A model generated the notes under the pieces. It ran no database searches. It was not told where the DNA came from and saw nothing but the letters and a program-made list of their open reading frames with translations. Positions 42,093 to 51,336 of a stretch of 64,000 bases of DNA are shown here, one piece after another. The DNA is from a virus. The stretch is taken from positions 1 through 64,000 of IMG/VR virus record IMGVR_UViG_3300034062_006954. The stretch is one strand, 5' to 3'. Positions within the stretch are counted from its first letter, which is position 1. Every line of letters begins with the position of its first letter. The position numbers were made by a program, and so were the translations under genes.

Positions 42093-42605
42093 TTATCTAT
42101 ACCAACCATATTCATAACAAGCAAATTCACCATTTTTTGTTTTGAAACAAGCAAATTTGATACCTCGATTACTTGCGTCAAAACCAATCCATTTGTCATT
42201 TGTATTTGCAACAATATCTTTAGCTTCAATATCACCATTCGCCCCAAATTTTGCGTAAACTATTGTCCCACTAGTTGTTTTACTTGGTTTAAGTAAAACA
42301 CTATTATAGTCAGCCTCAATCAGGCCCTTAGTAGACATTCCTGCAAGTCCGTGTTTTGAATTACGTAATCTATATGTGTTATTGTTCTCATCCATAATTT
42401 CAAGAAATTGTCCCTTTTCATCATAACTTCCCCTATGATTATCATAATAACCAACAACTGGTGGATTATCCACCAAAATTTGTGGTACTTGAGATGAATC
42501 TGTAATCTCAATTATTTTTTTTTCTTTTTGGTCGTTTTGTTCTTTTATTACCTTTTTAACCAATCTAATCAAGTCAGTTTCATTTAATCTTATAATTTTT
42601 TTCAT
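42093..42605 (-). CDS. hypothetical protein with shared leader
   Basis: MKKIIRLNETDLIRLVKKVIKEQ; own ATATTTAT and terminator. Confidence 0.75.
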   Translation of the reverse strand: MKKIIRLNETDLIRLVKKVIKEQNDQKEKKIIEITDSSQVPQILVDNPPVVGYYDNHRGSYDEKGQFLEIMDENNNTYRLRNSKHGLAGMSTKGLIEADYNSVLLKPSKTTSGTIVYAKFGANGDIEAKDIVANTNDKWIGFDASNRGIKFACFKTKNGEFACYEYGWYR

Positions 42606-42671
42606 AATTTTAATTTTTAATAATAAATATTATGAAAAATTAAAACCCCTCTTTTTAGGAGGGGTTATTTA

Positions 42672-43262
42672 TTATCTTCTATAATGTTTTTTATATCGTC
42701 TTGATTCCATAATTTCGTCTTTATCTAAACCAAATTCAAGATTACTAAAATCAGAATGTTCTTTGTCAAATAATTCTGATTCGTCATTTTCCATACATTT
42801 TTTTATGATTTTATTACCATCTTCATAACTACTAGGTATTAAATTAATTTTTGGATGGTCAATAAAGATTTCTAAACTTTCCAATGAATCACTTAAACCT
42901 CTTGACAAAAATGATTGTGCATATTCTTCATCACTTAATCTAATTGTAATTTTTTGAGGTTTTCCTATATTTCTTATTTTATCATCATTTAACAAATCAG
43001 CTAAATGAATACAATTGAAAAACCAAGTTAATAATGGTGTACCATCAAAAGTTTTTTTCTGGTGAACTCGTTCAATAGCAAATACCATTTTTTTATCACC
43101 TAATTCATCATGTTTGTATTTCATTACAATCATATTATCATCATTTTCAATATCATCCATTGAATATTCACGTGAACCAAATTCTATTTTTTGATTTTCT
43201 TTAATTACTCTTCTAACTAATTTCATTAAATCATTTTCTGTTAGTCTTATAATTTTTTTCAT
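42672..43262 (-). CDS. hypothetical protein with shared leader
   Basis: MKKIIRLTENDLMKLVRRVIKE; own ATATTTAT and terminator. Confidence 0.75.
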   Translation of the reverse strand: MKKIIRLTENDLMKLVRRVIKENQKIEFGSREYSMDDIENDDNMIVMKYKHDELGDKKMVFAIERVHQKKTFDGTPLLTWFFNCIHLADLLNDDKIRNIGKPQKITIRLSDEEYAQSFLSRGLSDSLESLEIFIDHPKINLIPSSYEDGNKIIKKCMENDESELFDKEHSDFSNLEFGLDKDEIMESRRYKKHYRR

Positions 43263-43354
43263 TGTTTTTTTTTTTGATTATTATTATACATAATAAATAT
43301 TATACAAAATAAAAAAACCCTTCTTTTTCGGAAGGGTTTTTTAATTTATAAAAT

Positions 43355-43720
43355 TTATTTTAAAGTTGTTGTTTGGACTGTATAAGTGTTGTTTAATGAC
43401 TTATCAATTCTTTTGTCTGTGTACCTAATGGATTCATCAAATTTTTCCATCATCATTCTAACAATTTCATCTGTGTTTCTTCTTGAATTACTTTCAATAG
43501 TGTCAAACCTTCTGAATACATTTTCAAGCTCACGCCTATATTCATTTCTAATGTCATCAAAACTTCGATAAACACCATCAAATTTATCCCTATCTAGTTC
43601 TTCAATGTGACGAATTTTTCGTTCAACTTTACCAACCCTAAACATACCCCAAATGATAATTCCAACAAATATCAGACCCAACATAGAGAGCATACCTAGA
43701 GCAAAATACAAAATACCCAT
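43355..43720 (-). CDS. membrane-anchored coiled-coil protein
   Basis: N-terminal TM helix. Confidence 0.7.
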   Translation of the reverse strand: MGILYFALGMLSMLGLIFVGIIIWGMFRVGKVERKIRHIEELDRDKFDGVYRSFDDIRNEYRRELENVFRRFDTIESNSRRNTDEIVRMMMEKFDESIRYTDKRIDKSLNNTYTVQTTTLK

Positions 43721-43772
43721 AATTAAATTATTTTAAAATTTTATGTCCTAAGACATTTAAAATTTAAAACAA

Positions 43773-44267
43773 TTACTTTAAAAGTAAAAGGATAATTGAT
43801 GTAAACCCAACAGAAACACCACCAATGGTTAATCCAACTAACCATTTGTTTCTATTCTTTGCTTTCTTAAACTCAGTATTTAATTCACCAATAATCTTTT
43901 GTTGGGCATCATCAATATTTTCATATCCTTTGATGATTCTATCTTTCTTTTCACCCTCTTTTCGAAACATTTCACTTACTTGTTCAGATTTATCTAAAGC
44001 TACCTTGTATTGGTCTTTAAGCTCTAAACTTGAATTAAGAACATCTTTACATTCTTTTAATTTATCAACGACAATAACCAATGAGTCGTGTTCGATAGCA
44101 ATTTGTTCAGCAAACTTTCTATTCATAGTGAATAATGTATCACCATTAATCACCATAAGGTCTATTTTAGGGGTAATGGAGTCTTTATTATTTTTTATTA
44201 AATCTTGCCCGTAAACCATCAAGTAATTGGTCATTAGTACTACTAGTGATAGCATCAATCTTAACAT
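43773..44267 (-). CDS. exported coiled-coil protein with C-terminal TM (spanin-like candidate)
   Basis: Signal-like N-terminus, coiled coil, C-terminal hydrophobic helix; overlaps upstream gene by 80 nt. Confidence 0.5.
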   Translation of the reverse strand: MLRLMLSLVVLMTNYLMVYGQDLIKNNKDSITPKIDLMVINGDTLFTMNRKFAEQIAIEHDSLVIVVDKLKECKDVLNSSLELKDQYKVALDKSEQVSEMFRKEGEKKDRIIKGYENIDDAQQKIIGELNTEFKKAKNRNKWLVGLTIGGVSVGFTSIILLLLK

Positions 44268-44544
44268 TGTTTTGAATTTTAAGTTGGTTTATTTTTGTTG
44301 ATAAGTTTGACTCACTAAGTCTTATTCCAATAGTAAGTTGTTCCAATTGGGATTCCATTTTTTCCCTTTCAGTTTTCATTGTTACCAATTCTTTATGTAA
44401 AGAATCGATTGCTTTTCTTTCAGCATCTATAATTTGTTGATGGAGAGTTCTAGTTTCTTTTGCGTTATAACTTATCAAATAACCCAAAAACATCCCAATT
44501 AACAAAATAGACACCACAATAATTGATGTGTGTTTCCAGTTCAT
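44188..44544 (-). CDS. N-terminal TM coiled-coil protein (i-spanin-like candidate)
   Basis: TM helix then coiled coil. Confidence 0.5.
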   Translation of the reverse strand: MNWKHTSIIVVSILLIGMFLGYLISYNAKETRTLHQQIIDAERKAIDSLHKELVTMKTEREKMESQLEQLTIGIRLSESNLSTKINQLKIQNNVKIDAITSSTNDQLLDGLRARFNKK

Positions 44545-44674
44545 ATTATGTTTTTTCTATAATTATAATTTTTTTAAAAAAAAATTAAACACATTTGACT
44601 TATCCATTTATATTGCGTATTTATTGATTGTTAAATAACTAAATCAAATTAAAAAATTAAAAATCTTAAAAAAA

Positions 44675-44839
44675 ATGAAAAAAGTACTTTTTGGAACTAT
44701 CGTTGTTCTTAGCACAATCCTTGCTTCTTGCGGTTCTACAGCTAAAACTGAAGAAAAAACTACAACTGAAGATTCAACAAAAGTTGAAACTACAACTGTA
44801 ACAACTCCTTCTGTTGATACTGCAAAAGTTGAGAAATAG
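44675..44839 (+). CDS. small lipoprotein (not in ORF track)
   Basis: MKKVLFGTIVVLSTILAS-C lipobox, Thr-rich 54 aa, followed by terminator 44859..44890. Confidence 0.8.
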   Translation: MKKVLFGTIVVLSTILASCGSTAKTEEKTTTEDSTKVETTTVTTPSVDTAKVEK

Positions 44840-44888
44840 TTTTAAATTTCTTGAAAGAAAAATCCCCACCTTTTAGATGGGGATTTTT

Positions 44889-45500
44889 TTATTTTATTAG
44901 ATTTTTAATTCTTTCTATTTCTTCATTTAATTTTTTATTTTTTGAACTTAACGCAGCACTAGTAAACTGAAAAGGTAATAATAAAGCATCTAAGAATGGA
45001 TTTGGTATTTTTTTACTCGGATCATACTCACGTCTTTTTTTATCATAATCTAAACCATCATCAGTTTTTTCCTTTTCCTTTTCTTTCTTTTTTTCCTTTT
45101 CAGGTTCTCCCAATCCCTTTTGTTCCTCCTTATCTTTTTCCTTTTTATTATCGTCTAAACCTAAGGCCAACAAAGAATATGGGGGTAATGAAGAACTAAA
45201 TGAATCCTCAAATGTAAGTTCTACAATATTACCTTGTATTTTTCCAATTTTTTCACCTTGTCTAACTGAGTTCCCAACACTTGTCTCTATACTACCACAT
45301 TTACAAATTTTACTATAAATTTTTTTACTACCTGAACTGTGTTCAATTTTAATCATTCCATCACATTCATCGGTCTTTGTTTCATATATTACACCATCTT
45401 CAGGACTGATTACTTTATCATAATACTGACCTTCAATTACCAAAGTATCTTTTTTGGTTTTTATAATTTTTCCGTTTTTTAATGGTAATATAAAACTCAT
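44889..45500 (-). CDS. degenerate M23/LytM-fold protein
   Basis: VISPEDGVI...IKIEH...VGNSVRQGEKIG; Zn-binding HxH absent. Confidence 0.6.
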   Translation of the reverse strand: MSFILPLKNGKIIKTKKDTLVIEGQYYDKVISPEDGVIYETKTDECDGMIKIEHSSGSKKIYSKICKCGSIETSVGNSVRQGEKIGKIQGNIVELTFEDSFSSSLPPYSLLALGLDDNKKEKDKEEQKGLGEPEKEKKKEKEKEKTDDGLDYDKKRREYDPSKKIPNPFLDALLLPFQFTSAALSSKNKKLNEEIERIKNLIK

Positions 45501-45997
45501 AATGTCATTAGATTTTTCATTCGTTTAACTTCTTCAGCTAATGCTTTTTCACTTGCTTTTTGAATATCTTGTGCTATTCCACCACCATAAGCCGCACTAA
45601 CAAATGCCTCTCTACCTTGCCAACCTGACGAAGATGATGAATTTGATGTACTAGGTGCCGCTGTTGTTGTCTTTGTTGTGTCAGCAGGCGTTGTGGTTTG
45701 TGTTTGTGTTAGAGAAAGTAAATTTTTCTCCATATCATAAGTCAAATTTTTATTAGTATTTACTTGGTCAACACACCACTTGTAATTCGATTTCCATTCA
45801 TTTGGCATTTCCACAATAACTGATAATCCTTTTGTATCACTTGAATTAGGTTTATAATTAAAACTAAAAATACTTTTTTCATAATTTTCTTTTATCTTTT
45901 GGTTAATTGAATCAACCAATGTTGCAAAAGAATCCTCTAATTGTATTTTTTCATCAATCGTAATTCCAGTTATAGGTGGAGCTGAAAGTTTTTTCAT
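45497..45997 (-). CDS. hypothetical protein
   Basis: C-terminal LAEEVKRMKNLM motif shared with neighbour. Confidence 0.65.
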   Translation of the reverse strand: MKKLSAPPITGITIDEKIQLEDSFATLVDSINQKIKENYEKSIFSFNYKPNSSDTKGLSVIVEMPNEWKSNYKWCVDQVNTNKNLTYDMEKNLLSLTQTQTTTPADTTKTTTAAPSTSNSSSSSGWQGREAFVSAAYGGGIAQDIQKASEKALAEEVKRMKNLMTL

Positions 45998-46599
45998 TGT
46001 TTTAAATGGTTCATTAATACTCCACCTAGTGTTGCGGCATGCACTGATAAGTGATTTATGGTTTCTATATCAAGTTTTGTTTTTTTCTTTGTAAAATCAA
46101 TCCCCAAAGTACCTATGAATTTATTATCCAATGTTTTGATTGCAAAAATGTATTGAGATCTACAATTAGTTTCTTCTGCAATGTACTTCAATCCGTATGT
46201 TGCAATTGTTTCATCTTTGAAATCAGCAATTTCGATTACATCATTTTCAAACAATTGGTTTATTGACTTTGTGAACAAGTTTACTGGAAGATTTTTAAAA
46301 TTATTTTGTTTTGAGTTTGTATTTGGTCCAACAACTTCATAAATCATACTGAATTTTGCCATTGATTTACCAGTTGGATAAAAATTACCCCCATTATGAA
46401 ATTGAGTAACCCAAACTCTATCACAATTTATTTCATCTCTAATATGTTCAATTTTTGACATTACCAATTCTCCAACTTTAAGAGCATCGTGTAACATATC
46501 AGGTTTCTTTTTTCTTTTATCAAGTAAACTTTTCACATATAGTAACGTTACTGGGCTTATTACACCTGTTATAAAAGCTACAATTATATCTGATGACAT
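45994..46599 (-). CDS. TM + GAF-like domain protein, T4 holin T-like candidate
   Basis: N-terminal TM then CDRVWVTQFHNG...FIGTLGIDF GAF-like pattern. Confidence 0.55.
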   Translation of the reverse strand: MSSDIIVAFITGVISPVTLLYVKSLLDKRKKKPDMLHDALKVGELVMSKIEHIRDEINCDRVWVTQFHNGGNFYPTGKSMAKFSMIYEVVGPNTNSKQNNFKNLPVNLFTKSINQLFENDVIEIADFKDETIATYGLKYIAEETNCRSQYIFAIKTLDNKFIGTLGIDFTKKKTKLDIETINHLSVHAATLGGVLMNHLKQ

Positions 46600-46702
46600 T
46601 TAAATTATTTTTTTTTGGTTAATTAAACTATAAATATTGACACAAATAAAAAAAGTGTGGATTTCTCCACACTTATCTGAATGTAAGATAAAATACTTAC
46701 AA

Positions 46703-47008
46703 TTAAACATTTTCTTCTTTTGGAACATATGGGTCACTAAATTTCAACCCCCAATTTAAACCAATCATTGCCATTTCTCTTTGGGCATAAACATCGGTAA
46801 ATTTCATCCTCTTCTTTATTTCTTTCACACCCCATTTTTGCCACTCATCGTATTGAGCTTGTGTCATAGTCCATTCAGTGTACCAAGGATCTTGTCTGCC
46901 TTTAATATCTTCAAATGTGACATTATGACCAGCTATTTCAAACATCTTATTTAAGATATCTATTAATAGTTTTTCTTTCTTTTGTTCATATGATAATCTC
47001 TTTCCCAT
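46703..47008 (-). CDS. hypothetical protein
   Basis: ORF in accessory array. Confidence 0.7.
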   Translation of the reverse strand: MGKRLSYEQKKEKLLIDILNKMFEIAGHNVTFEDIKGRQDPWYTEWTMTQAQYDEWQKWGVKEIKKRMKFTDVYAQREMAMIGLNWGLKFSDPYVPKEENV

Positions 47009-47028
47009 AGTGATAATTATTTTAATTG

Positions 47029-47508
47029 TTAAGAAAAATCTGTATAAGGTGCAACTCTTAAACCATCAATATATTGTTCTTTTTTTTCAAAATCATGGTG
47101 ATATTGACGAGGGTGTTCTCTACGATATTTTTCAGCATCAAGACCATCAGGTTGATTCCATTCAAGTGATATAGTCATAAACTCCTCAACATCTATTTCA
47201 GTTCCATATTCATCAACAATTCTACCAGATTTTATGAAATTAAATAACTCTTCTTTGTTTGAGTAATATTTGTTATCGTGAAAATTCCATAAGAATTTCC
47301 ATCCCATGCTTTTTTTACCTAAGTGGATTGAAGTACCCTCAGTGAATATGTCCCAAACGGAGTATCTGTCAAAACCTTTCTCAACATCGGCAAATCTAGA
47401 TTCAACCATAGTTGGTGTAAGTTCAAGGTTGGTGACATCCTCAATTAACTTAGTCTTTCTTTGTTCCATTTCTTGGACACTTGGTATCCTGTAATAATTT
47501 GTTCCCAT
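47029..47508 (-). CDS. hypothetical protein
   Basis: MGTNYY...IHLGKKSMGWKF...IVDEYG. Confidence 0.75.
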   Translation of the reverse strand: MGTNYYRIPSVQEMEQRKTKLIEDVTNLELTPTMVESRFADVEKGFDRYSVWDIFTEGTSIHLGKKSMGWKFLWNFHDNKYYSNKEELFNFIKSGRIVDEYGTEIDVEEFMTISLEWNQPDGLDAEKYRREHPRQYHHDFEKKEQYIDGLRVAPYTDFS

Positions 47509-47532
47509 TTTTATTTATGTTTTATTGTCTCA

Positions 47533-47564
47533 CAAAAATAATAAACCCCATTCTAATATCCAAA
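47533..47564 (-). promoter_or_regulatory. Bacteroidota-type promoter
   Basis: TTTG-N20-TATTTTTG. Confidence 0.65.
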
Positions 47565-47598
47565 TTAAAATGGGGATTTTTCAATAAATTATCTATAA

Positions 47599-47868
47599 TT
47601 AAAAAATCATAAAAATATTCTCAGGTTCATAATAAAACTCAATTGATTTACTTCCATCACGATAATTACATTCAACTAAGTATTCATCTTTTGGGAATAT
47701 AGTTACTTTAACATTTGAAATGTAATCATCAAATTCAATTACAAAATCACCATCAAATGTAATTTGTGAATTATAGTTCAATCCAATCAATTCAATAATC
47801 TCATAAATTGATTTCTGCCAAGTTGTTAATTGATGTTTCATGCTTTCCTTTTTTTTCTTACTCTCCAT
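47599..47868 (-). CDS. hypothetical protein
   Basis: ORF in accessory array; start uncertain. Confidence 0.55.
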   Translation of the reverse strand: MESKKKKESMKHQLTTWQKSIYEIIELIGLNYNSQITFDGDFVIEFDDYISNVKVTIFPKDEYLVECNYRDGSKSIEFYYEPENIFMIF

Positions 47869-47935
47869 AGTACTATGAAGAATAAAGTCATTAAAATTGC
47901 AGTCATTATTTTGTTATACAAATCCATTATCTTTC

Positions 47936-48196
47936 TCATTTTTTTGAAAACTCTTCGTTTAGTAAATATAATCTTTCCTTCAAATCCATTCTAGTTTTTT
48001 CCAAAATTGATTTAATAATTTCGTCATCTGATAAATTGATGTATCTAGAAACTTTGAATTTGCAATCAGAAACCCCTTCTATTTTCATATTTAGATTTTT
48101 GGATCTGATGAGATGATTTATAGTTGATAAATTAGACTCAACTTTTCCAATCTGTTCTTTTAGTTTTAGTATTTCTTCAAATTTTTCTTCAGTCAT
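47936..48196 (-). CDS. hypothetical protein
   Basis: ORF in accessory array. Confidence 0.65.
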   Translation of the reverse strand: MTEEKFEEILKLKEQIGKVESNLSTINHLIRSKNLNMKIEGVSDCKFKVSRYINLSDDEIIKSILEKTRMDLKERLYLLNEEFSKK

Positions 48197-48201
48197 AATT
48201 T

Positions 48202-48693
48202 TTATATTAATTGTAAATTATTTTTTTCACAAAACCAAGAGGGAATTTCACGATTTCTCCAAGATGCAAAACTTTTTTTTGCCCCAAGATAATAATTTCT
48301 ATAACTCTCGATTACTGATTTTACTTTGAATTCATCAGGCATTGCTTTTGGTGGTTCAGTAAAACCTTTGTCACAAATATTGATATTATTTATGACACAC
48401 CACTCTATGACATCCTGAGATTTGTGTCTTTTACCATATCTGTAAGTATATTCTTTACACAATTCCAACCCCAACTCACACAGGTAATAATAATTAGATA
48501 AGGATTCTCTAACCCATATTGAACAAGGGTGGTTTTTGTGGGATAATTTATAAGGAATATCCAAGTTGGAATTAGTTACGTGATGAGAGGAACACAATAG
48601 TTGTGCGGTCTCCAATATCATTTTAACTACATGTTTGTCACAATGGTATTTTGCACATTTAACAACATCATAATCCAAAAAGAAGATATTCAT
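48202..48693 (-). CDS. pyrimidine-dimer DNA glycosylase (DenV/EndoV-like family)
   Basis: MNIFFLD...HCDKHVVKMILETAQLL, HKNHPCSIWVRES, AMPDE...SYRNYY. Confidence 0.8.
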   Translation of the reverse strand: MNIFFLDYDVVKCAKYHCDKHVVKMILETAQLLCSSHHVTNSNLDIPYKLSHKNHPCSIWVRESLSNYYYLCELGLELCKEYTYRYGKRHKSQDVIEWCVINNINICDKGFTEPPKAMPDEFKVKSVIESYRNYYLGAKKSFASWRNREIPSWFCEKNNLQLI

Positions 48694-49118
48694 TATTTTT
48701 TATCTTGAACGGTGAACGGATGAACTTTTAATTTTGCGGTTTGTTCCTTATCCATATGTTTTAGGAAACCATTAATATAACCAATAATATTAGAAGCTCC
48801 AATAGGGTTTGCGGAATGGACATATACTTGAGGGAAAGGACTTGTAAAGTTGTCCATATAGTGTCCAACCAACCATTTAGCGGCATCATAACCAGTTTTT
48901 TCTTGAATGTTATCATAATCTAATAGTCCTCTATTCATTACATTATTATAGAATTCTTCAATTGCAGTATCACCCAAATCGTGGTCAAATGATATTACAT
49001 CAATATTATCTAAACCAAGTTCAGATATTTTTTTGATGAATTGACCATAATTTCTTACAACAATCCAATTTTTGTCGTCAGGAATTCTTTCATCATCCAA
49101 ATATATTTTGTAACCCAT
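48693..49118 (-). CDS. cyclic-phosphate-processing receiver-like domain protein
   Basis: IYLDDER.P, ISFDHDLG, TGYD..KWL, VHSANPIG; start set at MGYKIY. Confidence 0.75.
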   Translation of the reverse strand: MGYKIYLDDERIPDDKNWIVVRNYGQFIKKISELGLDNIDVISFDHDLGDTAIEEFYNNVMNRGLLDYDNIQEKTGYDAAKWLVGHYMDNFTSPFPQVYVHSANPIGASNIIGYINGFLKHMDKEQTAKLKVHPFTVQDKK

Positions 49119-49281
49119 AGTTATTTTTTTTATCTTTTCTAGAATATTGTTTATCACTTTTATGTACTTTATGTACTGAAGAAAATCCATTAGGATTTTT
49201 CTCTAAATATTCTAATCTATAACCATTACCAATTGCATTGATAGTTAATTTCATTTTATTCTTCGTTTTCATAGTCTTCAT
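49093..49281 (-). CDS. small basic hypothetical protein
   Basis: Follows promoter 49300..49330; HKSDKQYSRK. Confidence 0.55.
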   Translation of the reverse strand: MKTMKTKNKMKLTINAIGNGYRLEYLEKNPNGFSSVHKVHKSDKQYSRKDKKNNYGLQNIFG

Positions 49282-49299
49282 TTTTTTAAAGGTGTGTCA

Positions 49300-49330
49300 C
49301 AAAGATAAAAAAACTTTTTTATTCGTACAA
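49300..49330 (-). promoter_or_regulatory. Bacteroidota-type promoter
   Basis: TTG-N20-TATCTTTG. Confidence 0.6.
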
Positions 49331-49621
49331 TTTTTTTCTAATAAATTCTCCTAAATCTGAATCATTTGGGTAATTTAATATTTCAGTCTTATCAAGACAA
49401 TATATTTCTTTAGATGGTAAATCATTTGCATCCAAATTATAAAATTCAATCAAATCAATAACTTTCATCAATTTGTGTGTTGTTTCACCAGAGTCACCCC
49501 ATTCACTTATTACATGGTATCTAAATTGCCATCCTGATGGAAGTATTTTAACCACAAATGGTTCTGATTCACCATGAGGAAATAAAGTGGTAATATTAGG
49601 TTGTTTTTTTACTATTTGCAT
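49319..49621 (-). CDS. hypothetical protein
   Basis: Start MQIVKK. Confidence 0.6.
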   Translation of the reverse strand: MQIVKKQPNITTLFPHGESEPFVVKILPSGWQFRYHVISEWGDSGETTHKLMKVIDLIEFYNLDANDLPSKEIYCLDKTEILNYPNDSDLGEFIRKKLYE

Positions 49622-49622
49622 T

Positions 49623-49862
49623 TTATTTGTTTTTACAATCTTTAATCCCATCTTTATACCCTTTTAAATAAATAGAATTATTTTTATTCTTTAATTCAAT
49701 TGGTATTAGTGGATTTTTGGGGTATATAGCAATACCAATTATCCCAATAACAAAACCTGCGATAAACATATATAAACCTCTTTTATTTAAAATAAAGAAG
49801 GAACTTATAATTAAACTAATTCCTAACGCAACAATAGTAGAACCAATAATTGTCATTACCAT
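49623..49862 (-). CDS. small two-TM membrane protein
   Basis: Start moved downstream of tRNA-Leu. Confidence 0.6.
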   Translation of the reverse strand: MVMTIIGSTIVALGISLIISSFFILNKRGLYMFIAGFVIGIIGIAIYPKNPLIPIELKNKNNSIYLKGYKDGIKDCKNK

Positions 49863-49883
49863 TTTTTTGTTTTTTAAAGTTAG

Positions 49884-49966
49884 TACCCCCTGAGAGACTC
49901 GAACTCTCACGCCATTACGGCCAATGATTCTAAGTCATTGATGTCTACCAATTCCAACAAAGGGGT
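49884..49966 (-). tRNA. tRNA-Leu(TAG)
   Basis: Cloverleaf with long variable arm, loop CT-TAG-AA. Confidence 0.92.
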
Positions 49967-50228
49967 ATAAATATGTTCAGCTTATCTGGGAACTTATCGG
50001 AAACCCTAAACACCGACCTAAGCGGGCGTGGGGGTTCAAAAGACGAAGAGACCGAACCTTAAATCATATATACCAGTTTTCTCTATATATGATAGTTAAA
50101 TGGGGTTTAAAAACCCAACCCATATTTGATTAAAAATACCAATCCAAGTACAACTAAGGCTAATATAGATACACCAAACATTTGTATTGAAAATTCTCTT
50201 TGATTTTTTGTTTTTCCTTGATTGTCCA

Positions 50229-50471
50229 TTATAAAAATTTTTGAAAGTCCATAAAATGTTTATCTACCCACATTTTTCCTGTTACTTGTGTTGAGTGCTG
50301 TGTTTTACTTTCATCAAATATATTAGACATTGTTTTTCTTTCGGATTCTAATTCATCCCAAAGATAAGAAATTACCAAATTTAATTTTCTTCTTTCTTCT
50401 GATTCAACTTTAGATTCTCTCACAAGTTGCTCAACCTTTGTAATAACATTTTGAATGGGTGTGTTTTTCAT
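50229..50471 (-). CDS. hypothetical protein
   Basis: Start MKNTPIQ. Confidence 0.6.
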   Translation of the reverse strand: MKNTPIQNVITKVEQLVRESKVESEERRKLNLVISYLWDELESERKTMSNIFDESKTQHSTQVTGKMWVDKHFMDFQKFL

Positions 50472-50487
50472 TTTTAAGTTAATATTT

Positions 50488-50664
50488 TTATTCATTAATG
50501 TCAAGTTCCAACTGACTCTCACTAAATATATGTAACATTCCGTTGTCAATTAATTCGGCAACTACTCTAATATCTCCTGAAGTCGTTTGAAATACTGCAA
50601 CAACAATGCCAGGGAATTTGTAACCTTTCGGTTTATAAACTTTGTCTCCTATTTTAAATTTCAT
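50488..50664 (-). CDS. 58-aa SH3-like protein resembling DfrB/R67 DHFR fold (not in ORF track)
   Basis: MKFKIGDKVYKPKGYKFPGIVVAVFQTTSGDIRVVAELIDNGMLHIFSESQLELDINE. Confidence 0.55.
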   Translation of the reverse strand: MKFKIGDKVYKPKGYKFPGIVVAVFQTTSGDIRVVAELIDNGMLHIFSESQLELDINE

Positions 50665-50682
50665 ATTCTATTTTAGTTTTTA

Positions 50683-50946
50683 TTAATTTAATTTATCAAT
50701 TTCCATACAATACAAATTGTACTCCTGTATTTCCCCCTCAAATCTATATTTGTAAATTCCCTCAAATATGTCACCACCATATTTAGAATAATAAGGTTCA
50801 TAACCCAAGTATTCTACATCTTTATCCTGATAATATGGGGGCATCCCCATATATTCATCCAAGAGATCCTTAGCTTTTTCCATGCTGGTTGCTGTTATTA
50901 CTGGGATTCTATCTCCCCTGTCTACTAAAAGATATATTAGTACCAT
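50683..50946 (-). CDS. hypothetical protein
   Basis: ORF in accessory array. Confidence 0.65.
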   Translation of the reverse strand: MVLIYLLVDRGDRIPVITATSMEKAKDLLDEYMGMPPYYQDKDVEYLGYEPYYSKYGGDIFEGIYKYRFEGEIQEYNLYCMEIDKLN

Positions 50947-51051
50947 AGTTGTAAGTTTTTATAAGTTTCTGGTTTTACTATTCCAAACCTTAAAGTCAGG
51001 CAACATTCGAAGTGTCAGCCACTACTTGTGAATTATCAGGTGTCACAACCA

Positions 51052-51282
51052 TTAGAAATATTTTCTTGAAACATACCCCTCAGTTCCCAAACTTGGTGGG
51101 GTATTATTTTCACCAAGAGAAAGATACATATACCCTTTGTAAGCTTTCGCCTCTAATAAAACTCTTTCTAACATTGTGATAATACCATTTTTTTCTTCTA
51201 TGGTATAACTTGGATTTGCAAGTTGTTCGTTAGCGAAGTTTTTAATGTATTGAACATTGATTGTTTTTTTCTCTTTAGCCAT
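51052..51282 (-). CDS. hypothetical protein
   Basis: Follows promoter TTG-N20-TATATTTG at 51305..51335. Confidence 0.7.
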   Translation of the reverse strand: MAKEKKTINVQYIKNFANEQLANPSYTIEEKNGIITMLERVLLEAKAYKGYMYLSLGENNTPPSLGTEGYVSRKYF

Positions 51283-51336
51283 TGTGTTATTGTTTAAGTG
51301 TTCACAAATATAAGAAGAGTTTTTTAATTACACAAT

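Noticed and set aside
50955-51050. Possible riboswitch between two small ORFs
   Set aside because: Only two short hairpins and no recognisable aptamer consensus
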